Below are positions 50,594 through 58,606 of a stretch of 64,000 bases of DNA, in pieces (the stretch's first letter is position 1; the number at the start of each line of letters is the position of its first letter). The notes beneath the pieces were generated by a model, which worked only from the letters and a program-made list of their open reading frames with translations, did no database searches and was not told the DNA's origin. Origin of the DNA: an uncultured cyanobacterium (GTDB lineage Bacteria > Cyanobacteriota > Cyanobacteriia > Pseudanabaenales > Pseudanabaenaceae); the NCBI GenBank assembly GCA_963703315.1, contig OY969811.1:2912001-2976000 (forward strand). The letters are read 5' to 3'. A program made the translations under genes and the position numbers.

Positions 50594-52006
50594 TTAAATT
50601 TGTTTTAGCTCGTTTGATAGCTTGGCAACCATATCCTTAGCACCTCCAAATAACATCATTGTTTTTTGTTGATAGAACAGGTCATTTTCCACACCCGCAA
50701 AACCTGCACTCATGCCGCGCTTAATCACGATCGCATTTTTAGCTCTATCCACTTCCAGAATTGGCATTCCATAAATGGGGCTAGCCTGATTCGTGCGTGC
50801 CGCAGGGTTGACTACATCATTTGCACCGATAATCAACACCACATCGGTATTCTCAAATTGAGTATTGATGTCATCCATATCGTATAGCTGCGAATAGGGA
50901 ACATTGGCTTCGGCTAGTAGCACATTCATGTGACCGGGCATCCGACCCGCCACAGGGTGAATCGCAAATTTCACTTCCACACCTTTGCGCTCTAGCAGAT
51001 CCGACAACTCACGGACAGCGTGCTGGGCTTGGGCAACTGCCATGCCATAGCCCGGAACGATCACGACCGATCGCGCATAGCCTAACATCATCGCGCATTC
51101 TTCAGGATCAATAGTTTTCACGCTTCTGTTACTACTATCGCTGGTATCACCATCTGATACTAAAGGTGTACCAAAACCACTAAATAGAACATTGGTAAGG
51201 GTGCGATTCATTGCCTTACACATAATCTGGGTAAGAATTAAGCCTGATGCACCAACTAATGCGCCCGAGATAATCAAGACATTGTTCATTACTACGAAAC
51301 CTGCGGCACTGGCGGCAACCCCTGACAGGGAGTTAAGTAGCGAGATCACCACTGGCATATCACCGCCACCAATGGGAATCACGAACAATATGCCAACTAA
51401 TAATGAGATCACATTAATTCCCACAAATCCCGCGAGATCGGCAGGATTGGCAATTAGCAACGCGGCTCCAACGGCAAAGGCAACTAATAGGGCAATGTTA
51501 ATGAATTGTTGATAGGCAAAGCGAATTGGTGCGCCTTTCATGATTCCTTGCAGTTTGGCAAAGGCAATCATACTGCCCGTAAAGGTGATATTACCGATCA
51601 AGATGCTGACAATAATCGAGAGGTTATCGACGAGGGGTAAGGTCTGACCATGACTGATCACGCGCCAATATTCACCTACAGCAACTAAAGAAGAAGCTAG
51701 ACCTCCTAATCCATTTAATAAGCCCACCATCTGAGGCATATCAGTCATGGCGACTCGATAAGCAATCAGGGAACCGATCGCCGATCCGATCGCGATCGCT
51801 ACCATAATCAAGCCGTAGCTCAATACTTGCTTATCAAGTAATGTGGCGATGACGGCTAAGAACATCGCGATCGCCCCTAGCAAATTACCACCCCGCGCTG
51901 TGGCAGGTGATCCCATCTGTTTGAGACCAATAATAAAGAGAGAAGCTGCAACTAAATAAGTTAATTGGATTCCCGTTGGCACATAATTCAAGATGTTTTC
52001 TAACAT
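50594..52006 (-). CDS. pntB: NAD(P) transhydrogenase beta subunit
   Basis: VPGYGMAVAQAQH, HPVAGRMPGHMNV and GANDVVNPAA. Confidence 0.97.
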   Translation of the reverse strand: MLENILNYVPTGIQLTYLVAASLFIIGLKQMGSPATARGGNLLGAIAMFLAVIATLLDKQVLSYGLIMVAIAIGSAIGSLIAYRVAMTDMPQMVGLLNGLGGLASSLVAVGEYWRVISHGQTLPLVDNLSIIVSILIGNITFTGSMIAFAKLQGIMKGAPIRFAYQQFINIALLVAFAVGAALLIANPADLAGFVGINVISLLVGILFVIPIGGGDMPVVISLLNSLSGVAASAAGFVVMNNVLIISGALVGASGLILTQIMCKAMNRTLTNVLFSGFGTPLVSDGDTSDSSNRSVKTIDPEECAMMLGYARSVVIVPGYGMAVAQAQHAVRELSDLLERKGVEVKFAIHPVAGRMPGHMNVLLAEANVPYSQLYDMDDINTQFENTDVVLIIGANDVVNPAARTNQASPIYGMPILEVDRAKNAIVIKRGMSAGFAGVENDLFYQQKTMMLFGGAKDMVAKLSNELKQI

Positions 52007-52012
52007 GGTAAT

Positions 52013-52303
52013 TTATGCCTCTTTCTTCTTGAACATTTGCAACATCCGATCGGTGACCAAAAAGCCCCCGACGACGTTGATGGTGGCGCAGACGACGGAT
52101 ATCAATCCCAGAATGACGGAGAGATTAGGATTTACATCGCTACCTGCGACAATGAGAGCGCCAATTACCGATATGCCTGAAATCGCGTTAGAGCCAGACA
52201 TAAGAGGGGTATGTAATGTCGGTGGCACTTTGTTAATTACTTCAAATCCTGTAAAGGAAGCAAGGGCAAACACAAATAGAGCGCTGATTAATGATTCGTT
52301 CAT
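52013..52303 (-). CDS. pntA: NAD(P) transhydrogenase alpha subunit, membrane part
   Basis: LHTPLMSGSNAISG and GGFLVTDRML. Confidence 0.95.
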   Translation of the reverse strand: MNESLISALFVFALASFTGFEVINKVPPTLHTPLMSGSNAISGISVIGALIVAGSDVNPNLSVILGLISVVCATINVVGGFLVTDRMLQMFKKKEA

Positions 52304-52366
52304 AGTTAATATTTATGGATTGAGATTAGGGTTGGCGCTTTGCGCCGACCCTAATCATCTAGTTGA

Positions 52367-53512
52367 TTAAGCGGTTACTACTAATTGAGAGAGAGCATCT
52401 TTGACACGCTGATTACGGATTTCCCCAGCATGGGTAATGCAAGTGCTGCTGATAATGTCATCTTCAAAATCCAGATTGAGTTCGCCTTTCTTGATCAAGT
52501 GATTGAGAAGATTGAGCAAGTTCTTCGCATATTTTTGGGAAGCATGGATGGGCATCGAAGCAGGTAAATTGATAGGCGAAATGATGGTTACGCCATGACG
52601 CACCACATCTTTACCAGCTTCAGTTCCTTCACAGTTGCCCCCCTGCTCACCAGCCAGATCGACGATGATCGAGCCGCGTTTCATCTGCGCGATCATCGCA
52701 TCGGATACCATTACAGGTGCTTTGCGTCCAGGGACTTGAGCCGTGGTAATCACAATATCGGCATCCTTAATATGCTTCGCTAGAATTTCTTGAGCGTGCT
52801 GTTTGGCAGCTTCCGAAATCTCCTTGGCATAGCCACCTACGGCAGTGGTGTCTTCTTGTAAAGTCACATCAATAAATTTCGCGCCCAGACTCTGCACTTC
52901 TTCACGCACCGCAGGACGAATATCGTAAGCCTCAACCTGTGCGCCCAGACGACGCGCCGTCGCGATCGCCTGAAGTCCTGCCACACCTGCACCGAGAACA
53001 ACAACTTTTGCAGGAGGAATTGTTCCTGCTGCCGTAGTCAACATCGGTAGATATTTTGGTAAGGCGGCGGCGGCAATGAGAACGGCTTTGTAACCAGCGA
53101 TCGATGCTTGAGAAGAAAGAGCATCCATGCTTTGCGCCCGACTACTGCGCGGGATCATTTCCATGCTCATCGCCGTCACTCCCTGATGGGCGAGGCGGCG
53201 AATCAGTTCGGGTCTACCTAAAGGATTGAGGAATCCAATCGTAATTTGTCCTTTCTTGAAACTGCTTACTTCTTCTTCACGAGGTGCGCCCACCTTCAGC
53301 AAAACGTCTGATTCACTAATGAGAAAGTCTTTATCATTAATTATCTTAGCGCCGACTTCTTCATAAGCCGAGTTTGCGAAGAAAGAAGATTCACCAGCAT
53401 GACTTTCGATCAAAACTTCTAAGCCATTTTTGACTAAACGACCTACCACTTCAGGAATTAGAGCTACTCTACGTTCACCAAATTCTATTTCCTTGATAAC
53501 GCCTATCTTCAT
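52367..53512 (-). CDS. pntA: NAD(P) transhydrogenase alpha subunit, soluble part
   Basis: ERRVA, RAQSMDALSSQ, GAGVAGLQA and GGNCE. Confidence 0.96.
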   Translation of the reverse strand: MKIGVIKEIEFGERRVALIPEVVGRLVKNGLEVLIESHAGESSFFANSAYEEVGAKIINDKDFLISESDVLLKVGAPREEEVSSFKKGQITIGFLNPLGRPELIRRLAHQGVTAMSMEMIPRSSRAQSMDALSSQASIAGYKAVLIAAAALPKYLPMLTTAAGTIPPAKVVVLGAGVAGLQAIATARRLGAQVEAYDIRPAVREEVQSLGAKFIDVTLQEDTTAVGGYAKEISEAAKQHAQEILAKHIKDADIVITTAQVPGRKAPVMVSDAMIAQMKRGSIIVDLAGEQGGNCEGTEAGKDVVRHGVTIISPINLPASMPIHASQKYAKNLLNLLNHLIKKGELNLDFEDDIISSTCITHAGEIRNQRVKDALSQLVVTA

Positions 53513-53545
53513 TCATGCACCTTATTCGCGTATTTGCAATAGCGT

Positions 53546-53640
53546 CACAGCCTTTTTCAAGCAAGCGAGGTATAGAGAATTGTTTCTCCGCCTAAGGCGG
53601 AGAAACAATTCCGTACTTCACTAGACTATGAAACGCTATA
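53546..53640. mobile_element. MITE-like element, family B
   Basis: Inverted relative of 11625-11719. Confidence 0.65.
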
Positions 53641-53759
53641 AACTATTGTTTATCTTTTAAATATGTAAACTTATTTAAGATCGTAACTGTCTTTATCTAA
53701 TCAATTCTTTAGACAATCTTTACTGTGTGAGCAAGGAAACTTTACAAAGGAATAGACTT

Positions 53760-54587
53760 TTAGGACTTTGCCTTGATTACCTCTTCGGTTAGCGCAACCC
53801 ATTGAGCTACATCAAGATCTTCGGCTCTAACTTGAGCATTAATACCCATATTTTCTAAAATTAGAACTAATTGATCGCGATCAATTTCGGAAATGAGATT
53901 ATTGCGTAACATCTTCCTTTTTGTGGCAAAGCCGAGAGTGATTAAACGCTCTAGAAATTTAGGATCGCTGGCTGTGGTGACTGGAGGACGGGGAATAATG
54001 CGAACTACTGCGGAATTAACCTTGGGTGGTGGGTAAAAGGCAGATGCAGGAACATCGCAAATGAACTGACAATCTGCTAGATACTGAATCTTGACACTGA
54101 GAGCATTGTAAGCTTTGTGACCTGCTTTGGCGGCAAGGCGATCGCCGATTTCCTTTTGGACTAAGAGGACAATCTGCTCAAACTGTTGAATTGGTTCTGA
54201 AAGATTTCCCAATAGTCTTTTGAGAATTTCGCCTGTGATGTTGTAGGGAATATTGGCAATGACTTTATTAGTTTGCGAAGGAAGAGGAATATCGAGAATA
54301 CTTCCCTCTATTAATTGGAAGTTCTTTTGATGCATGGTTTTGCGAAGCTTTTCGCAAAGATCGCGATCAATTTCTACTGCCGTGAGGGATTCGACAAAGG
54401 GTAGAAGTAAACGGGTGAGATTGCCAGTACCAGGTCCTATTTCTAAAATGCGATCGCTAGACTTTAACTGCCCCGCCTGCAATATTTTGTTAAGAACGGC
54501 ATCACTCCGTAGCCAATGTTGCCCAAACTGTTTGCGCGGACGGATGGTTTTGCTAGGAATGTATGCTGGTTTATCGAGATTGGTCAT
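53760..54587 (-). CDS. rsmA: 16S rRNA dimethyladenosine methyltransferase
   Basis: FGQHWL, LEIGPG.G, ANIPY and FYPPPKV. Confidence 0.96.
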   Translation of the reverse strand: MTNLDKPAYIPSKTIRPRKQFGQHWLRSDAVLNKILQAGQLKSSDRILEIGPGTGNLTRLLLPFVESLTAVEIDRDLCEKLRKTMHQKNFQLIEGSILDIPLPSQTNKVIANIPYNITGEILKRLLGNLSEPIQQFEQIVLLVQKEIGDRLAAKAGHKAYNALSVKIQYLADCQFICDVPASAFYPPPKVNSAVVRIIPRPPVTTASDPKFLERLITLGFATKRKMLRNNLISEIDRDQLVLILENMGINAQVRAEDLDVAQWVALTEEVIKAKS

Positions 54588-54704
54588 TGCGATCGCTAGT
54601 TAAAAGTTAGATGGTGCGAAACGAGTTACTTACGCTATTATCGCTAGGTTAGCATCACTCAAAACGATCCCCAAATTATTATCGCTAAGCTGTTAGCGCT
54701 AAAT

Positions 54705-55295
54705 GTGCAAAGACAATCTTCTTCGTTTACTATTCGTCACGCTAGCTCTAGAGATGTCGGTCATGTCGCAGATATCTTGACCGAGAGTTTTTATCGTAGC
54801 TCCGATCGCAAGGTCAATCTTTTGCTACGTTGCTTTACAGATTTGGTATATCCACTCTTACGCTACGGGATTATGCTCGATCTCAGTAGCCGAGTTGGTG
54901 AAAAACTGCCCTGCTATGCTTGTCTGATTGCCACCCATCCTGCCAACAAATCCCAAGCGATCGCCTCTCTAGAAATTGGGCTGCGCTATGTACCTGTAAA
55001 TCCTCACCATATATTTTGGTTAGGTCGCGAAATGGAGCAGTATCCCTATATTTTTAATCTAGCTGTACATCCTCAATGGCGGCGACGCGGTGTAGCAAAA
55101 CAACTTTTACTCGCCGCCGCCCAAACAGTTAAACAGTGGGGCTTTGCTAGTTTATATATGCACGTGCTAGAAGATAATCAACCTGCGCGTAATCTTTACG
55201 ACTGTCTTGGATATCAATTACATAGCCAAGAGGGTCATGTAAATTATTGGCTATTGGGTCGTCCACGACGATTTTTATTACAAAAAAATTTATAG
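54705..55295 (+). CDS. GNAT family N-acetyltransferase
   Basis: NLAVHPQWRRRGVA and N.PARNLY. Confidence 0.9.
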   Translation: MQRQSSSFTIRHASSRDVGHVADILTESFYRSSDRKVNLLLRCFTDLVYPLLRYGIMLDLSSRVGEKLPCYACLIATHPANKSQAIASLEIGLRYVPVNPHHIFWLGREMEQYPYIFNLAVHPQWRRRGVAKQLLLAAAQTVKQWGFASLYMHVLEDNQPARNLYDCLGYQLHSQEGHVNYWLLGRPRRFLLQKNL

Positions 55296-55414
55296 CTGTC
55301 GCAAGGGGCTTAGCAACTCTACTGAAAGCTGCATAGTTAATCAACGCTAAAATTTGAGATCAAGTTACAATATTGATCTGTTGAAATAACTTATCAGGAG
55401 TACATCTGCCAACT

Positions 55415-55846
55415 ATGACCATCGCAACCGATATCCCTAACCCCACCGATCTCCACCACACCAGAGACAATGACCAAAGCTACCGCATGGCTCAAGCAGC
55501 AGTAATCGCTGCGGACGATCGCAAGGGAGAAAATATCGTTTTACTCGCGATCGGTGAAGTCTCGACTTTAGCAGAGTATTTTGTGATTGCATCGGGATTT
55601 TCTAAGGCACAGGTGCGGGCGATCGCTGGTGCGGCGGAAGAGGCGATCGAAGAAAAATTTGCACGGAAACCCCGAAATATTGCGGGGGAACAAGATGGCA
55701 CTTGGATTTTGCTAGATTATGGCGATCTGATTGTCCATGCAATGATGGGTCAAGAGCGTGAATATTATGATCTTGAAGCATTTTGGGGTCATGCCCCCAA
55801 GCTGGAAGTAGTTTTACCTACTCCTGAAGCTCAAGTCGTAGAGTAA
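55415..55846 (+). CDS. rsfS: Ribosome silencing factor
   Basis: ADDRKG, YFVIASG, WILLDYGD and YDLEAFW. Confidence 0.95.
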   Translation: MTIATDIPNPTDLHHTRDNDQSYRMAQAAVIAADDRKGENIVLLAIGEVSTLAEYFVIASGFSKAQVRAIAGAAEEAIEEKFARKPRNIAGEQDGTWILLDYGDLIVHAMMGQEREYYDLEAFWGHAPKLEVVLPTPEAQVVE

Positions 55847-55847
55847 T

Positions 55848-56029
55848 TAAAACCTTTGGCGCACGCGCCGCGTGCGCCAAAGGTTTTAGGGTTTTATTTG
55901 TGAATTAAAAACCAAACCCAGTAAATACCAAAACACAAAATGGTGACACCATTTTGTGTTTTGGTATTTACTGGGAAGGCTTAGAAAAAAGTAGAGACAG
56001 CGCTTTGTCCCATCTCTACTTTTTTCTAG
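55848..56029. repeat. Cluster of three palindromes
   Basis: Includes a perfect 29-bp IR at 55917-55945/55947-55975 with a 1-nt spacer. Confidence 0.85.
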
Positions 56030-56093
56030 GCATTGACAACACAGACAAGCGATAATTAACAAATCTCGTTTACATTTGGACATACTAGAATTT

Positions 56094-56318
56094 ATGAAGG
56101 TTGGCGATCGCGTTCGTGTTAAGACAGCATTAAATGTCTTTCATCACCCTGAACACAAGGGTAAATCTTTTGATATCGCAGGATTGGAAGGTGAAATTGT
56201 GCGTGTACATAAAGAATGGAATGGTCGTCCGATCAGTCCTAACTATCCCTATGAAGTTAGATTTAACCCTAAATTTGTTACGCATTTAGGCGATCATGAA
56301 TTAGAGTTAGCTAACTAA
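56094..56318 (+). CDS. ftrV: Ferredoxin-thioredoxin reductase variable chain
   Basis: MKVGDRVRV..HHPEH..GLEGEI..WNGRPISPNYP. Confidence 0.9.
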   Translation: MKVGDRVRVKTALNVFHHPEHKGKSFDIAGLEGEIVRVHKEWNGRPISPNYPYEVRFNPKFVTHLGDHELELAN

Positions 56319-56377
56319 CTTACGGTTAAGGAAGGTCTGCATTGCCTACAGACCTTCTTGCCACAAGAGGTTTACTA

Positions 56378-57388
56378 ATGGAAGCCACAATTTTCAGTAT
56401 TGTTTTCGCTCTTTTTAGTGGTACTTATATCTATCGCTCTTTTCGGATTATCGAAGAAGGACAGATTGCCCTAGTTGAGAGATTTGGTAAATATCAAAAA
56501 ACGATGGAACCTGGCATTAATATCGTTTTGCCATTTCTTGATCGCGTTGCCTTAGTGCAAAGCTCCCGCGAACAGGTTTTAGAAATGTCGCCACAGCCCT
56601 GCACGACTTCCGATAGCGTCAGTGTCAGCGTCAGTGGTGTGATGTATTGGCAAGTTACTGATCTCAAACAGGCAAGATATAACATTGAGAATGTCGATAA
56701 ATCGCTGATTGTGTCCCTCGCCACTCAAATTCAAACACAGATTGGACGATGCGATCTCGATAATATTATTGGTGGGCAAGAGCGCATTAACGAAGAGATT
56801 TTGCAGGGTATTTCTAGCGATACTAAAGATTGGGGAATCAGGGTATTGCGCGTGAGATTAGGGGAAATTACAATTCCTACATCGGTGCTGTTATCGATGG
56901 AAAAACAAAAAGCAGCAGAAATTGAGAAGAAAGCGATGATTTCCCTATCTGAGGGTGAAAAGACTTCGGAAATTAAAAAGGCGGAGGCAGTGGCACTTTC
57001 CAATCGGGTTCTCGCTGAATCAGAGCGCCAAGTCCGTTTAGAACAAACTGAGGCGATGGCACTATCGATTGAACGCATTGCCGATGCGATCGCCAATCAT
57101 CCGCATGGACAAGAAGCAGTCCAATATTTATTAGCTCAAAAATATATAGAAATGGGACAAGCGATCGGGCAAAGTCCCAGCAGTAAGGTTTTATTTATGG
57201 ACCCACAGTCCATTCCGGGGGCAATTCAATCGTTACTAGCGATGACTGATAGCAAGATGGCTGAGGCGATCGCTAAGCAACCTTTTGGCGCAAGCAGCAA
57301 TATTCCACCATCATTACGCAATTTACCTGAGATTAAACCTTTTAAACCACCGTCAGCAAATGAGAATATTGATCCAAGCAGTAATTGA
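56378..57388 (+). CDS. SPFH/band 7 (stomatin-like) protein
   Basis: N-terminal TM, VERFGKY..PG, WGIRVLRV and C-terminal AQKYIEMG..IG.S.SSKV. Confidence 0.9.
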   Translation: MEATIFSIVFALFSGTYIYRSFRIIEEGQIALVERFGKYQKTMEPGINIVLPFLDRVALVQSSREQVLEMSPQPCTTSDSVSVSVSGVMYWQVTDLKQARYNIENVDKSLIVSLATQIQTQIGRCDLDNIIGGQERINEEILQGISSDTKDWGIRVLRVRLGEITIPTSVLLSMEKQKAAEIEKKAMISLSEGEKTSEIKKAEAVALSNRVLAESERQVRLEQTEAMALSIERIADAIANHPHGQEAVQYLLAQKYIEMGQAIGQSPSSKVLFMDPQSIPGAIQSLLAMTDSKMAEAIAKQPFGASSNIPPSLRNLPEIKPFKPPSANENIDPSSN

Positions 57389-57746
57389 TGGAAATGACAG
57401 AAATGAGCAAGGATGACAAGCTGAATAAGATTTATAGCTTTGCCAAAATCTTGCTCCTCCATCTGATCAAACAACGCGCCGAAAATCGCACTACGCGATC
57501 ATGGGATCTTTCAATTAAAAATTTAGTGCGAGAAATTCAGCGCACCAACCCATGGAGTAAGGCTAAAGGTAATTATTGCGAACAGAACTACGCGAGGCGA
57601 TAGAAGAGGCTTTTGAGATTGCACTAGATGCTGCTGCGGGTGAGGCTTTTGAGGGCAGATATGAGTCTGATGCGTTGGGTGCAATGGTCGATCGCGATGC
57701 AATTATCAATCAGGCGATCGCTTTAATTTCTGGTAGTAATGTGTGA
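57385..57746 (+). pseudogene. DUF29-like gene, frameshifted and probably 5'-truncated
   Basis: EMSKDDKLNKI..LLLHLIK..TTRSWDLSI continues in another frame as ELREAIEEAF..EAFEGRY..MVDRDAII to TGA at 57744-57746. Confidence 0.7.
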
Positions 57747-57783
57747 GATAAAATCAAAATATTGATAAATCAGTGTTCAACGT

Positions 57784-58414
57784 ATGGAAATTATTACTCA
57801 TCTTATTGTGGCTGCGATCAAGATCATTGTTGATTCTGGGGTATTAGGTAAGATTGGCGATGGTGCAATAGCTAAAGTTGGTGAAAATGCTGTTGATGGT
57901 GTTGGCAACCTGTCTCAGAGATTATGGTCAATGCTAAGTTGATTCTGGGGTATTAGGTAAGATTGGCGATGGTGCAATAGCTAAAGTTGGTGAAAATGCT
58001 GTTGATGGTGTCGGCAACCTGTCTCAGAGATTATGGTCAATGCTAAAGCAGAAAGCTCCTGATACTGATACGGTCAAGAAATTGGGTACAGGAAAAGAGG
58101 TTGATTATCAGCAAGCGGTGATTGATGTAGAGGCGATCGCTGATGATCCTGATGTGGTGAAGTTGTTGGATGAGGTGCGATCGCTACTATCCAGCAACAA
58201 GGAACTAGCAGATAAGGTTGAGGCTTTAGCGGCACAAGTTAAATCTAAAAATATTCAGGTAGCAGCTAAAGACTTTAAGTCGGATGAGTTGGAATTTGGA
58301 GGCAATCAGAAAATATCGTCAACTGAGTCTAAGGCGGTTAATAAACAAACTGGATTTGATAGTGTGAAGATTAAAGGTAAGGCTACGATCAAACTCAATC
58401 AACAAATTAATTAG
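57784..58414 (+). pseudogene. Small helical (Bell/HeLo-like) effector with a C-terminal amyloid-like motif, split by a 109-bp duplication
   Basis: The frame from ATG 57784 stops in the duplication junction; deleting one copy gives a continuous 173-aa ORF. Confidence 0.7.
57829..58046 (+). repeat. 109-bp tandem duplication
   Basis: 57829-57937 and 57938-58046 are identical except GTT/GTC at one Val codon. Confidence 0.95.
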
Positions 58415-58606
58415 GTGATTACTATGCTCGAAGCTCAAGATTTACGACCTTTGCTCAAGGAGTTATTGCGTGAAATGTTTACGCAGGAGCGTGATTTGTT
58501 GGCTGAGTTGATTTATGAGGTTATGGAGGATGTGGCGATTGCTAGGGCGATCGCTGAGGGTAAGGATAGCGAAAATGTTGATCGAGATGAAATCTTAAAT
58601 TTATGA
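58415..58606 (+). CDS. Small antitoxin-like protein
   Basis: 63 aa, acidic, EDVAIARAIAEG..ENVDRDEI; abuts the upstream stop and overlaps the downstream ATG (ATGA). Confidence 0.65.
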   Translation: MITMLEAQDLRPLLKELLREMFTQERDLLAELIYEVMEDVAIARAIAEGKDSENVDRDEILNL

